64,000 bases of DNA from Eledone cirrhosa (GCA_964016885.1 OZ024741.1:179366001-179430000); one strand, 5' to 3'. Positions 1 through 13,983 are shown, counted from the first letter of the stretch. A program made the numbers and translations. The notes: generated from the letters alone by a model not told the origin.

Positions 1-39
1 GAATAACCCAAGTATTTCATCTCTGGCTTCTGTAGGATT
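1..39 (-). CDS. ADAM10: ADAM10-like metalloprotease, coding exon 7 (partial, runs off window); NPTEARDEILGLF
   Basis: Minus-strand acceptor ttttcattacag| at 42-40; phase 0 matches the previous exon; the peptide resembles the early catalytic-domain helix of ADAM10 (human TREAVIAQISSHV region). Confidence 0.75.
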
Positions 40-842
40 CTGTAATGAAAATTGACATGGGTAATTGCTGGCCTTGTGCCTAAAGTAGAAACAATTATTG
101 ACACCAATGTCATTGACAGAGTCATCATCATCATTTTACATCCACTTTCCATTTTGAGTTGGATGCGCTGTCCTGGTCTAAGACTAGACAGATCGAAGAG
201 ACCTCAGCTTGCTCATAAGTTCTCCATATAGCATGGTTTCTACAACTGGATGTAGTTTCCAATGCTACCCACCATAAAAAGTGTACTGGGTGTATTTCAG
301 TGTGGCACTAGCTCTGCCACTTTACAGAGTATACTGAGTACATTTCATTGTGGAACAAGTATTAACACTTTACAGAGTATACTTTACAGAAGTCATATGA
401 TTGGCCATATAGTGTCTACATTTGATTGTCAACCATTTTAATAAGACTACCAACTGCACTCCATTGTGATACAAACATGAGAAAGATTGTCAGATACACA
501 ACAAGGCCAGAGAGTCCTCTCCACTCTATGTTTTCCCACACAGCCATGCTTGCAAATAACAACTTTTTTGAAAAATTAATATTGTCTTTATAGAAAAAAA
601 TAAATGAAATTTACAGCGCACATCTGTGCAGGTTTAGCTGGCATCCTACATGGTTGTATTGCAAAAGAAGGTTTCTCAGGTGTTTTTACAAGCCCCAGTC
701 TGATCATGAAAAGCAATGTGAAATGAAGCGTCTTGCTCAAGAACACAATGTGCCACCTAGTCCAGGAATCAAGCATGTAACCATATAATCATAAGTTCAA
801 CACCCAAACCACTAGGACACACACATTTATATATTTTTTATT

Positions 843-1150
843 TTTTATTTTATGTCCGCTTTTTCCCTGCTTGCAAGGGTGGGACGGGAACTGATTCTGG
901 CTTGATTTCTACAGCTGGATGCCCTTCCTAACACGAACCACATTTACAGTGAGTGCTGGGTGCTTTTTTTTTTTGCTGTGGAATGATATGGACCCCAGTC
1001 CCTATCATCTCATTTCTACAGCTGAGTAAACTGGAGCAATGGGAAATAAAGTGTCTTGCTCAAGGAAACAACACATCACCCGGTCTGAGAATTGAACTCA
1101 CAACCTTTCGATTGCAAGGCCAATGCTCTAACCACTAAGCCATGTGCCTC
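843..1150 (-). mobile_element. Same tRNA/CORE-like/RTE-tail SINE
   Basis: Reverse complement of 12046-12417 with fewer internal subrepeats. Confidence 0.82.
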
Positions 1151-1283
1151 CATATCTTGTCTTTATAAATGTAACGTTCATGTAATATTATATATTATTT
1201 ACACCATTAGATTCACATAGATTGTGCTACCTTTTTATAAAACTATGATAAAGTTTCAATTGAATAGTCTTAAGTGTACTTAC

Positions 1284-1424
1284 ATATGTTAATGTCATAT
1301 ATTTCCATAATTCTGGATCGGACTGGAGAAATAATGTACATGTTCGGTTGCGTAATGTATTCTTTTCATACTGATTAGCATTCCTAGCATATCGTAACTT
1401 GCCTTCAGACTCACTGGAAACCTC
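1284..1424 (-). CDS. ADAM10: ADAM10-like coding exon 6; EVSSESEGKLRYARNANQYEKNTLRNRTCTLFLQSDPELWKYMTLTY (start of metalloprotease domain)
   Basis: ttttacag| acceptor and |gtaagt donor; 141 nt, phase 0/0, no stops; TCTLFLQSDPELW matches ADAM10 NTCQLYIQTDHLFF. Confidence 0.9.
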
Positions 1425-1497
1425 CTGTAAAAGATAAACAATAAGAAACAGATATCAATTAGTTCCATTTGATGGTGTTTAACAGGTAGCGGGATTA

Positions 1498-1613
1498 TGT
1501 CTACTACCCTTGTTAATAAGGGTTTCTAATTTTGGCACAAGACCAACAATCTGGGTGTCTACTACCCTTGTTAATAAGGGTTTCTAATTTTGGCACAAGA
1601 CCAACAATCTGGG
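1498..1613. repeat. 58-bp perfect tandem duplication
   Basis: tgtctactacccttg...caacaatctggg occurs twice. Confidence 0.9.
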
Positions 1614-3083
1614 GTCATGGAAAGTTAATTATATCAACACAAGTACTTGACACCAGTACTTTAATTGGTGCCTGAAAGGGTGAAAAGCAAAGTTAACCTC
1701 GTCGAGATTTGAACTCAGAATGTAAAGGGCTGTGGCTGAATACCTCAAAGCATTTATTTTGTCTGATGCTCTGATAACTGCCAATCTACCACCTTACCTT
1801 TGTTAATGATGGTTTGCTGGAGTTGTTATGTGGACGAAATTTCAAATATCTCAGTAAGGTTACCATCATCATCATTTAAACGAATGTAAAATGATGATGA
1901 TGATGATGATGACGATGATGACAATGATCTTATTGGGAATTTTTTAATTTCATCCATATAACAAATCTGGCAATCTATAAATTTTTAACAAAATAATTTT
2001 CTTTTATTCTTTTACTGGTTTCAGTTATTAAACTGTGACCATGCTGGGGCACCACCTTGAAGGGATTTAGTCAGTCATACAGGTCCCAAAACTTTTTTTT
2101 TTAAAGTCTGGTAATTATTTTATCAATTTCTTTTTTGTATGTCAAACCACTATATTCAGTACATAAACAAACAGTAAACTTAAACACAGACATTGATACA
2201 TACACACATTTATATAATAAGGGTAAAAACCTAAAAGACTAAGTGGGGAAAGTTAAGCCAGCAAATTTTCAAGCACAATGTGGTTCAATGATCAGTACAA
2301 AGATATGAATCAATTCATCCAAGGTGCAACCAATATGGAATTAAACTTTGAGTAAAACAATCCAGGGTGTTGTCTGAATGTAGGTGCACAGAGCATTTAA
2401 CTCTTTAGTATTTAAACTGGCTATATCCGGCCAGAATTCTCTAGCCTCTTTCTGTTCAAACCGGCCATAACCGACCACTCATACTGTTTTCAAAATAAAT
2501 ATCATCATCAAAATCTCATAGATTTGATATTATGTGAGATAAAGCCTTTACGAGGAAAATGGGAAAATACAATAGTAAATATAGAGTAATGTAAATGCTA
2601 AAAGGTTAAATAATAGACAAGAATGATGAAGAAATTTAAGACATTTTATTCGTCTTACACATGTCTCAAAAGGAGAAATACGAAATAAGAAAATAGCAAA
2701 AATTTCAATTAAGCTTCATTTTTAATATATAACAATATATATGCACATTATAATCTGAGTGAAATTGGGTGGGCAGAAACTGTTTAGAAGCCCACCAGAT
2801 GGACTGTACCTGTAATTCAAAGGACCAACCATGTCACACACTGTGCGATGCTGAATCTCCCTGAGAATTACGTTAAGTGAACATGTTTCTGTGGATTGCT
2901 CAGCCATTTACATGTTAATTTCATGAGCAGGCTGCCCCATTGATCGAACAACTGGAACACTCATCATCAAACCGACCTATTCCATATATATATATATATA
3001 TATATGCGTGTGTGTGTGTGTGTGTGTGTCAGAATAGAGAAGTCATAATTTTCAAAGTATATACCATACTATTCAAGCCTTAC

Positions 3084-3216
3084 CCGTTTCTGTCGACCAT
3101 TTGATTTTATCACAGATAACTGAACTGATTTCATCCATTCTTGGACATCGTCATTAGCACAGCTTCCTAAATTTTTATTGTACTTCAATTCTTTCTGTTC
3201 CTTTTCTCTTCTTTCT
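3084..3216 (-). CDS. ADAM10: ADAM10-like coding exon 5; ERREKEQKELKYNKNLGSCANDDVQEWMKSVQLSVIKSNGRQKR (cysteine-switch-like GSCA; furin site RQKR)
   Basis: tttctacag| acceptor and |gtaagg donor; 133 nt, phase 2/0, fits both neighbours; GSCA..V.E.M resembles ADAM10 GGCADHSVFERM. Confidence 0.9.
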
Positions 3217-5845
3217 CTGTAGAAATAATTATATATTGGTATAGTTGTTGCAGTTAAGTGTTGTTTAAAGCAATGGGAGAAAAATCCATGTTAGAAAATA
3301 ATGAAGTAGCAAAATATTATATTAGTTTAGAAGAGTATAAATGAACAAAATATATATCGAAACAAAGGTAGACAGACAGATATAAAGATAAATAGACAGT
3401 CAAGTGGATAGATAGATATGGATGGATGGATGGAGGACAGATGGATAGACAGAGAGATAGATAGATACATAGCTAGGCCTTAGAATCTTGAAATAAGTTT
3501 AAATGACAAAAAACACACACCATTTAATTAAATGATAGGTCTGACAATCTCTGACAAGACATACACCATTTAGTTAAATGATAGGTCTTACAATCTGTAT
3601 AAGCATTTAACTGACAACAACAATACATACATCATTTAGTTAAATAGTGAGCTATATAATATCTAAGTGTACATGACAACAATGTCACATTTAGTCAACA
3701 CTGCATCATAAGTATTGGGCTTCCTTTTCAAATCCAGAAAATATGCTGACCATATACAAATACAACATACACTCCAGTACTATTCCTAAATTTGGGGTGG
3801 TGCAACCATCATTCACACTCATACACACACATTCCAAGTATCATCACTCCAACTACCACCAACCATCCTCTCAACCAATACCACTACCACCACCTACAAA
3901 AATAAACAATCAACTTCCTGATAAGTAAAGTCCAACAATCAACACTAAAATCACTGGCTAACCACTGCTATCCACCCTCTCTCTTCTCTTACTAATACAT
4001 TAGTCTCTACTTCTCAGAATTGCTAAAACACAATGCTCTGGTTTGGCATTACTCATCATATTCATACTAAGTATTATATTACACTGTAATCCTTTCCTTA
4101 CCCAGATTTCCCTTCCAAACACCAACTTGCAGCAGTTCTTAAATGACTGAAGCTCACCAGGTCATACCTAATGAGAGATGGAATGGTCCCGTGTTGGTTT
4201 CAACAATAAGTGTCCCAGTTGTCCAATCAGCAGAGCAGCCTGCTCTTGAAATTAACATGCAGATGATTGAACATTTCACAGACACAAGTGCACTTAAAAT
4301 TCCAAGAGATTCAACGTGACAGTATGTGACAATGCTGACCCTTTGAATTACACAGAAAGTCCATCTGACAGGCTTCCAAACAGTTTCTGTCCATTCAATT
4401 TTAAATACAAGACTTGAGTCAACCCAAGGCTATGGTAAATGACACTTGCCTAACATATCCTCTAGACACTTGATATATTATACTAGTCATGAGGTCCGTT
4501 TTGAGGTATTGTTTTATGGCTAAATGCCCTTCTTGGTGCCAACTCTTTTAATCGCCCCACTTACAACACACATAAAAATATCATGTACCTATTCTAAACT
4601 AAATACATAATTTATAGAAGTGAGGCATAGGTGATGAACAAGGAGTGACAGAGAAGGCTAGAAAGAACAGAAATGAGAATGATCTGATGAATGAGTGGAA
4701 TATTGCAGAGAGGGAGGAATACAAACAACGAATTGCAAAAGATGACAGGACTAGCAGTAGTGATGAATGTGATTGGGTGACAGGAGTGAGGGAAAGGAAC
4801 ATAGAAAGAAGTAAAGGGATGGGAAGACCAAAAGGGGCATGGCTAAAAATGGAAGTGTGAATGGAAGTCATTAGTGACAGAGGATGCTGATGATAGGGCA
4901 AAATGGAGAAGCTTGTTATGGGGCCTGCAAGGCTTTAGCATGGAAAATGGCCTTAAAACACTTGTTGTTCACTTGGCATATTATCTAGACACTAAATATT
5001 TTATATGGGCATTAAATCATCATCATCATCATCATCCTTTAACGTCCACTTTCCCTGCTAGTAAGGGTTGGACAGGTCTACATAGACCAAATCAGTACTG
5101 AAGCAGCGCCACTGACATACAGTAATTTTAGAGTGCAGAGAAGTTGCGTCTTTTGATACAAACTGAAACATCCTCCTAAGTCCTTCTTTGGCAAGCTTTC
5201 TAAAGCTGGATGCCCTTCCTAACACAAACCACTTTCCAGCGTGTACTGGGTGCTTTTATTGGGTAGATCACAAGCACTAGGAATAGGAAAGGTGCCATGT
5301 CCTTGACATAACTAAAGGATCCTCCCAACACTTTATTCGGAAATCTTTCTACTGCTGGATGCCCTTCCTATCACCAACCATTTTACAGCATGTACTGGGT
5401 GTGTTTATCATGTAGATAACCAACACTAGAAAGGTTGTTGTGTCTTTGATACAGCTGAAGGGTCCTCTTAACCCTTTTAGGCATGATTTCTATAGCTAGG
5501 TGCCCTTCCTGTTGCCAACCACCCATATGGAGTATACATTGGCACCATCACATTGTTGGTCATAGACCCAACTGTAAAGCCCTCTCAGCTCTGGGGAACA
5601 AGATAAGTATCAAGGTGCTTGTGAGGATGGGTAGGGATGGCCGATTAGTGTATGGGGATGTAGTGGTGTGGGGGAATGTGCTCAATAGAGAGGGCAATTT
5701 GTGGTGGAAAGATAGAAAAGTGGGTAGTGAGGGAATAAGGGATGGTAATGGAGAGTGAACAAGGGGTAGAGTGAGTAGCTACTAGAGTGTAGTGGTGAGG
5801 ATATCTAAAGTCTATATCCATATCAGTGCAATCTTCTCTCTTGCA

Positions 5846-6395
5846 CACTACATCCAATTCGTCTTATACCAAGTTTTCCTCTCAGTTCACTTATGCTACG
5901 TCATTCATACACACTAACATTACACATCCATCAGAGTGCACTTGCTTCATTTCTCTCCAGCCTTTGCAGGTCTTCTGTGGTTAAGGCCCATGTTTCACCA
6001 CCATGTAGCATTTCAGTTTACACACAGGCATCATATAATCTACTCTTTACACTGAGTGAGAAGCCCTTTGTTGTCAGGAGAGGTATTAGCTCATTAAACT
6101 TCTTCCAGCCTGTTCTGATCCTGATTATCATACTTCCAGGGCATCTTCCCCACTGCTAATTTGATTGCCAAAGTAACAGTTGTTGACAGCTTCTAAGGAG
6201 CCTCCCTGTGGGCTAAAGGAATCTACTTCACATGAGTTCTTAGTGTTAACTTCTCCTGTGCATCTGCCACATATAAAGTCTATATTTTCCATTAATCTAC
6301 TTGCGATCCCACTACATCTGTTATGTGTCCATAGATTGCACTGTGTGCATCTTATAGAATTTCTGCTCACCCTTTTCTGACATATCGAACAAAGT
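5846..6395 (-). mobile_element. RTE LINE internal fragment, decayed
   Basis: RNSIRCTQCNLWTH..CSGI...FICGRC zinc motif plus downstream homology to 60950-61500. Confidence 0.8.
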
Positions 6396-6404
6396 ACATC
6401 AACA

Positions 6405-6641
6405 AAACACTAAATATATTAACTAGACACTAAATATACTATCTGAACACTAAATATACTATCTGAACACTAAATACATTATCTGAACACTAAATACATT
6501 ATCTAGACACTAAATATATTATCTAGACACTAAATATATTATCTAGACACTAAATATATTATCTAGACACTAAATATATTATCTAGGCACTAAATATATT
6601 ATCTAGGCACTAAATATGTTATCTAGACACTAAATATATTA
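6405..6641. repeat. 20-bp minisatellite (acactaaatatattatctag), ~12 copies
   Basis: Visible 20-nt periodicity with stepwise variants. Confidence 0.92.
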
Positions 6642-7775
6642 GAGGTATATATGGAGATATATACAATAAGTTTGTGTATAATAAACATATGTAAGTCTCA
6701 TTATGAACCACACTACATTATTGCAACTGATAACTAAATACATTATCTGGACACTAAATATATTACAAGTTCCCTTTCAAAAGAGATTATAGCAAACTTT
6801 CCATGCAAAGGCATAGTTGGATGACTAAGGAGTTCACTCTCAGTGTGTGACACCTTAAGCATCTTCTATAGCTTCATTGTGAATGAAATGTAGTACACAG
6901 AAGTTCTTCTTGCATGTGTGTGGGTTTGCATCTCTTTGTATCTGTATTGATGTCCCATAAGTTCCCAAGAGAGATCGATAAAATAAGTACCAGACTTAAA
7001 AAAACAACAACTTAGTACTGGGATCAATATGATCGCCTGAATCTCTTTAAGGCATTGTTACAGTATGGCCACAGTCTAAAAGTGAATAGTCAGAGATATT
7101 TTTGGTGTATATAAATAATGAACTTGAAACAATCAACATGTTGATTTTGGCTGCAGAAGTACAGTTTACAGAGACCTCTAGATACAGAAGTATCTGCTAG
7201 GTTATTGGGTGGCTGGGCGGATATGCAGGTAGATAGGTTGGTGGGTGAGTAGGTAGGTAGATAGATAGGTAGATAGATGGGTAGATAGGTAGGTAGGTAG
7301 GTAGCAAGCAGATAGTTAAGTAGATTTGGCAAAGACGGATGTGATTATTTAGGCAGGGACCCAGAAAATGCCAAAACAATTGAGAAGGAATGAAAACTGA
7401 AAATATGTAAAACCACTCTAACCCTTTTATCACCTAATTGCCTCTATTTTAACAATTTTTTCTAACATAGGCACAAGACCAGTAAAATTTTTTTTTTGGG
7501 GGGGGGGGCATGCAAGTAGACTATACGGACGCCAGTACTTATTTTATTTTATCGACCCCAGAAGGAAGAAAGGCAAAGTTTTCCTCAGTGGGATTGGAAC
7601 TCAGAATGTAGAAATTCATAACTAAATACTGCAAAGCATTTTGTCCAATGCTCTACTGAAACTGTCAATTCACTGGTCTGGGAATCATATTAATAATCAA
7701 AGTACAAAGACAGTATATACTCTTGTTAAAAACATTTTCACAAAAAAGTTAAAAGCAAAAAAGTAAACCACTTAC

Positions 7776-7950
7776 TTATAAGGATCAATGTTGAGATCTT
7801 TTTCAGAGTAAATAATTGAATGGAATGGCTGTGTGGTATTGAAAAATCTTGTAGAAGGCTCTATGTGATAAGTGGGTTCATTTGGGATTGCAATTTCTCC
7901 ACGAAATAATTTTGCTATAATCACTCCAAATACTTTGCTGTGTGAATAAC
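7776..7950 (-). CDS. ADAM10: ADAM10-like coding exon 4 (prodomain); GYSHSKVFGVIIAKLFRGEIAIPNEPTYHIEPSTRFFNTTQPFHSIIYSEKDLNIDPY
   Basis: tttatttag| acceptor and |gtaagt donor; 175 nt, phase 1/2; YHIEP..RF....PFHSIIY matches ADAM10 FYVEPAERY...PFHSVIY. Confidence 0.93.
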
Positions 7951-9132
7951 CTAAATAAAGTTTAAAAAAGATCATCATAATTTTTGTATGAAGCATTAGA
8001 AGATAGGTATCAAAAAATGTTTTAGGAAAGCCTGTACAAGTTAGAAATAAAGGAGTGAAAGTAGGAGTGAAGTAAGACAAAACAAAACAACAGTTTACAT
8101 ATTTATTTTATATTTCCAAAAGAAAAATAAAAGGAATGAGATAGTTGTGGCCAACTCGGCTCTTCTGTATTGCAAGCAGTAATTAAATAATAACTAAGGT
8201 CTAGGAGGGAAGATGAGCACTGCCAAGTATTTCAGGGGCTCACTGAACTGCCATGATGGACACAATCAAACACCTAAAATGTCACCCTAACAATTGGCTG
8301 CACTAGTTATGGGAACTTTATTGATTTTTAACTGAATATCTAAGGTGGTGAATTGGCAAAAATCATTAAAATATGAAATTAAAGGCTTTGTGGTATATGT
8401 TTCAGCCGACTGCAATCTGAGTTCAGGGTAGTGAATTTGTGGAACTGTTACCACAGTGAAATTGATTTATAGCAGTATGTGTCCCAGCTCTGTGCTGTTA
8501 AAGTTGAGATTACATACCCTTGTCACTGGAAAATATAGTGACATGATAGGAGTGAGACCCTGTCATTAAAACAAACATAAAACGTCTTAACAAATATGAA
8601 CTCATAGGAGGCCAACAAAGCCTGCACAGGTGTGACCCGTAACAACAACAAAAAAACTATTCAACTGATACTTCATTTTAGCAACTCTAGATTAATGAAA
8701 GGCAAAGCTGACAAAGAGCAAGGTGCTTCCATGGAATTTTTAAACATAAAAAGATGTATTTTTCAGTGGATTGTTGAAGTACAAGGAATAGTAAAGAGGC
8801 AAAGAAAAGACTAAAACTATGGCTATCACATGCAATCAAGGATGACTTGGTAGTATGTACCATGTTTTTTGTTAAGGATTTTAGGTACATATAGACATTA
8901 GACACCTTCTCAATCCAGTGGAGCATACAGAATATGATAGCTGGAAGACGATAGGGTTTCACCAGCATCAAGCTGGTACTTTCTTCACTGACCCCTCGAA
9001 GATGAAAAGGCAAAGTGGATGTTGATGAGATTTGAACTCTGAGCCCAGAGCCAGAACAAACATCCAATGTGCTAACAACACTACCAAATCAACCAGAACT
9101 GACAACAAGTATATATATATATATATATATAT

Positions 9133-9591
9133 AAGGAGCGCGATGCTGCATGGTAGTGAGACATGGGCAGTAACTGCAGAGGATATACGACGGCTGGAGA
9201 GAAATGAGGCAAGCATGCTCCGTTGGATGTGCAGTGTAAATTTGCGTGAACGACCCAGCATAAATGTGTTGAGAGAGAAACTGTGTCTGAGAGGGATAGA
9301 ATGTAGTGTACGGGAGAGGAGACTGAGGTGGTATGACCAGTGATGCGCATGGAGGATGACCGATGGGTGAAGAAGTGCCAGGAAATGCCAGTTGAAGGAA
9401 GACGTGGCAGAGGTAGACCACGAAAAACATGGGCGGAGGTGGTGAGAACAGACCTCAGATCATTGAAGCTCTCAGTGGAGATGACGAAGGACCGTGACGA
9501 GTGGAGAGATGCTGTGCTGAATAAGACCCGTCCCACCCTTGCAAGCAGGCAAAAGCGGACGTAAAATGATGATGATGATGATGATGATGAT
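9133..9591 (+). mobile_element. RTE LINE 3' fragment (short-tail family)
   Basis: [11 protein letters not shown]...RRLRWY / MRMEDDRWVKKC...GRGRPRKTW; ends gcggacgtaaaa(tga)n. Confidence 0.9.
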
Positions 9592-11217
9592 ATATATAAA
9601 TATATACTGTAGAGTGTGTTATAGGCAGCAAACTGGCAGTTGTTTGAGTGTCAGGTTAAAATAACTTCAATGAGATTTGAACTAAAGTGCAGAAATACCA
9701 AATTATTTAAGCCAATGACAAAAAGCACCCAGCCCACACTATAAGGTGGTTGTGTAGGTGTCAAGACAAAAAGAACCGAGCCACACTATAAGGTGGTTGT
9801 GTAGGTATCACAACAAAAAGCACCCAGCCCACACTGTAAATATGGTTGGCATTAGGAAGGGCATCCAGCTGTAGAAATCTAGCCAGAAAGTTTTATATGA
9901 GCAAGACACAGTCACCCAACCCAACCTGCCTCAAATGAGACAACCCAGCTAACCCATGCTAGCGTGGAAAAATGGACGTTAAATGATGATGATGATGATG
10001 ATGATGATTATCTGACGATTTTGCCAATTTACCAACACCAAAACTTCAAAATTTTTACACATAGGCACTCAATTAAACACACAGATTTAATCACAGTAGA
10101 AACAATACCAATTGATAAAAATAATTAATTAAAATTAGTTGAATTAACTATCTATAGTAAGTAGATGATATATATAACTTTTTTTTATAATAATAATTGT
10201 TTCTACGTTAGGCACAAGGCCAGCAATTACCCAGTGCATTACTGGTACTTTACTTTATCGACCCCGTAAGGATGAAAGGCAAAGTTAACCTTGGCGGGAT
10301 TTGAACTCAGAATAGCAAGGGCCGTAACTATGCGTCAAAGCATAAAGGTTTCTGATTTAGGCACAAGGCCAACAATTTGGGGGGAGGGAAAGTCAATTAA
10401 ATCAACCCCAGTGTGTTACTGGTACTTTATTTTATTGACCTCGTAAGGATGAAAGGCAAAGCTAACCTTGGCAGGATTTGAACTCAGAACGTAAAGGGCC
10501 GTAACTTTTCCAACACTCTATCGATACTGCCAATCCACCAATAATAATAATGATGATTATATTACATAAAAAATTCATAGATATTGGTAAAGTAAAAGGA
10601 TTTAACAGATTAAAAAGACCCTCGTCTCCTTCCTCTTAATTTTCTTTTGCTTCCTATGGAACATGGCGTGATGAGAGATTTCCATTTCACACAATTTCAA
10701 GCTTTGTGATAGGCCTGCTACCAGGTCAGGACCATAACTTCCTCCAAAGACCTAAACCAGGTTTTAACCGGCATGCCTTGTTTCCTATGCCCACATTCTG
10801 ACTTCCATTTGAGGGAGGATTTCATTGGTCTTTGTGCACATGCATAGCACATAGCCAAGCATTGACGATCTGTTCATGGTTTTTGTAGCAATTTTGATTA
10901 ATGGAGGTTGGTAGCTAGCCTCCTGCTCCAGTCTTCCTCCCTTCTCAAGACAGGCCAAAAACTAACCAAGTGTTTTGAAGTGTGTGTGGGGAGGAGGTGG
11001 GGCATAACACTGAACAGGAGCCCATTCCAAGTACTGTCAGCAGGAGCCAGCTGAACCTAGGATTCAAAGCACCTCACTCTACTTTTAAAGGGACATTAGA
11101 AACAGTTTTGAAATAACGTTTATTTAAATCACTTCATTATATTTTCAGAGAGATAAGTACCTCTAAATACTGACAAGCCATCAAACCCTTGCAAGAAGGG
11201 AAAACAGATGTTAAATA

Positions 11218-11250
<33 letters not shown>

Positions 11251-11898
11251 GTATGTGGGTTCACATATGCATTTATTTTGAATCACAGTTAGTGCTATCA
11301 CTAATCAAACTTGTCACCTTTAGCATTTACATTGCTCTATAATTACTATTGTATTTTCACGGTAAAGGCTTTACATCACATAATATTGGATCTATGAGAT
11401 TTTGATGTTATTTATTTTAAGTTAAAGTTGGTATGAGTGGCCAGTTATGGCCGGTTTGAACAGAAAGAGGTGAGAGAATTCTGGCCAGATGCAGCCAGTT
11501 TAAATGCTAAAGGGTTAATACTGTTTTCCTACAAGTTGAACGGTGGTGGTGAATTGGCAGAGTTGTTAGAATGTCAGATGGAATGCTTTGAGATATTCAT
11601 TCCAGGTCTCTGAGCTCAACTTTGCTTTTCATCTTTTTGAGATCAACAAAAAAAAAATGTACCAGTCCAGAAATGGGGTCAATTCTCTCTCCCCTTTTCT
11701 GGAAGGAATTGGTTGTTCTGACCTGGAGAGGGAAAGGGCTCTGCCAGGTTTAAAAAATATGCCTAAGACATTATTAAAGCAACCCTACAACTCCATCAGG
11801 AGTTACAGGTCCATACATACCTACATAGGTTGAATGAGCCCAAACATTGATACATGATGCAGTTGTCCCTTAAAAGAATGCAATGTATGACTAGTTAC

Positions 11899-12020
11899 CT
11901 AATACTGATCCTTTGTATACAAATGATGTGTCAACCTCTTCTTTAGTACCATTTGAATGTTGGTGGGTGTGATCTGGAGCAAAAATTGAATCATCTTTTT
12001 CAAGTTTCAATCTGAAGTTT
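11899..12020 (-). CDS. ADAM10: ADAM10-like coding exon 3 (prodomain); NFRLKLEKDDSIFAPDHTHQHSNGTKEEVDTSFVYKGSVL
   Basis: ttttattacag| acceptor and |gtaact donor; 122 nt, phase 2/1; matches ADAM10 HFNLRMKRDTSLF...DTSHIYTG. Confidence 0.92.
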
Positions 12021-12045
12021 CTGTAATAAAAAAAAGAATTGAGAA

Positions 12046-12417
12046 TGGCTTAGTGGTTAGAGCATTGGCCTTGCAATCGAAAGGTTGTGAGTTCAATTCT
12101 CAGACCGGGTGATGTGTTGTTTCCTTGAGCAAGACACTTTATTTCACATTGTTCCAGTTTACTCAGCTGTAAAAATGAGATGATAGGGACTGGTCCCTAT
12201 CATTCCACTGCAAAGAGGTTGTGGAGGTGCCACGAAGATAAAAGCACCCAGCCCACACTGTAAAGTGGACGTGTAGGCGCCACAGAAAAAAAAAAATACC
12301 CAGCACTCACTGTAAATGAGGTTGGTGTTAGGAAGGGCATCCAGCTGTAGAAATCAAGCCAGAATCAGTTCCCGTCCCACCCTTGCAAGCAAGGAAAAGC
12401 GAACGTAAAATGATGAT
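12046..12417 (+). mobile_element. tRNA-derived SINE with CORE-like body and RTE 3' tail
   Basis: A-box tggcttagtgg, B-box gagttcaattc, ccttgagcaagacac core-like block; tail nearly identical to the RTE end at 9527-9570. Confidence 0.85.
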
Positions 12418-13847
12418 TCATAAAACAGCAAATGTAATCAAGAATTACAACAAGCATTTTATGACCATTATCCTTGGAGTCCTTTTTGAGGTAATGTTTT
12501 ACAGCTGGATATCTTTCCAGACATGAACACTTTTAGTTGCCTCTCATGACATGCAAGGGTACATTTTACCTCTTCCAAGCCAGATACACACAGATCTACC
12601 ATAATCATGGATTAAACATATCAATAAAAAGAAACAAAAACTACTGAGCAAATAGATCTTAGATAGCAATGGAAATGGTAAATTATGTTGTTGTTATGTT
12701 TATAGCTTTCTTCAGCAATATTGTTCTGACGAGTGCTCCAGTTGATTCAATCAACAGAGCTGCCTACTTGTGAAATTAATGTGTAAGTGACTGAGCATTC
12801 CAAACATAAGCACCCTTAAAATAATTTGTAGGAAAATTTAGCATGACAGTGTGTGTGACAAAGCTGGCTCCTTGAATTTAATTTACAGGTACAGCTCACT
12901 TTCGCCAGTTGTGTGGACTGAAGTAACATGAAATAAATTGTCTCGCTCAAGGACACAAGGTGCTGCTTGGTCCGTGAATGAAACTCATAACCTTTCGATT
13001 ATGAGCAAAATGCCCTAACCAAATATATGACTTTACCACAGCAATACTAGCAACATAATTTCCAAGGGGAATGTACGTTCACATCTTTTAGAAACAGAAA
13101 CTCTTTGTAAAAATATACAATAAAAAAAAAATTAAAAAAATAAAAATCTATGTTGGCTTTTTGATACTTATTGTATTAAATAGGTTAACTCCTTTATTAC
13201 CATATTTCTAATAAATGACACTATGATTTTCAAATAATTTCAAAAATAATCAAGAATTTTGAGGGTTTAGTAATATAACAAATTTTCTCATTATTTATTT
13301 GATGTTAAGAGTGCCAGCTAACAAAGGTTCTTACATAAAATTTTACAGGAAGATTTTAGATAAATATAAACACCTTATGACTAGTTTCAGGTGTTTTGGT
13401 ATCAAAAGGGTTAACACTATCTTTAAATCTGTGTACCACTGGGAAAGGGGTATCTGATGTTTTGAACAAAGTCCTTCAAGGGAGAGAAAGGAAGATTTTT
13501 ATCCTTAGTCTATAGTAGAGAATAACATTAAAAAAACCCTTATCATATTCACCTTCAGAATGTAAAAAAAATTAAACGGAAAAAAAGAAAAGTGACATTT
13601 AAAGCTCACACGTAGGCAGGTTTAGCAGACCTCCTTTAAGGTTTTATTTATAGGTGGTTTCTCAAGTGTTTACGAAAATTTGGAATAAATTAAAGACTTT
13701 AATTTTTAATGTAATGCAGTCATAGTACTGTTTTGTATTTTTCATGCTAATGCAGTTACAAGCAGTACAGGACAACATTAAGGGTTAAAGTTTTAAAATA
13801 AACTGAAGAAAGATATTCGCAGTTAAAATATCTTTTATTCCACTTAC

Positions 13848-13983
13848 CGATTAAAGGCATTGAAAGAAAGTAGAATATGGTTACTCAGTGAGCGTTTATA
13901 ACGTATATGGTTTCTATCGAGTTCGTGATGATCATAGCTGACTGGATGGTAATGTGTTATATAATCATCTAAAATATTTTTGC
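13848..13983 (-). CDS. ADAM10: ADAM10-like coding exon 2 (prodomain); KNILDDYITHYHPVSYDHHELDRNHIRYKRSLSNHILLSFNAFNR
   Basis: aatttcag| acceptor and |gtaagt donor; 136 nt, phase 1/2; matches ADAM10 LNKYIRHYEGLSY...HQRAKR...LRLDFHAHGR, including the upstream convertase site RYKR. Confidence 0.92.

Noticed and set aside
12046-12110. tRNA gene (also 26560-26640 and 1075-1150)
   Set aside because: A and B boxes run directly into SINE body sequence found in several copies; these are SINE heads.
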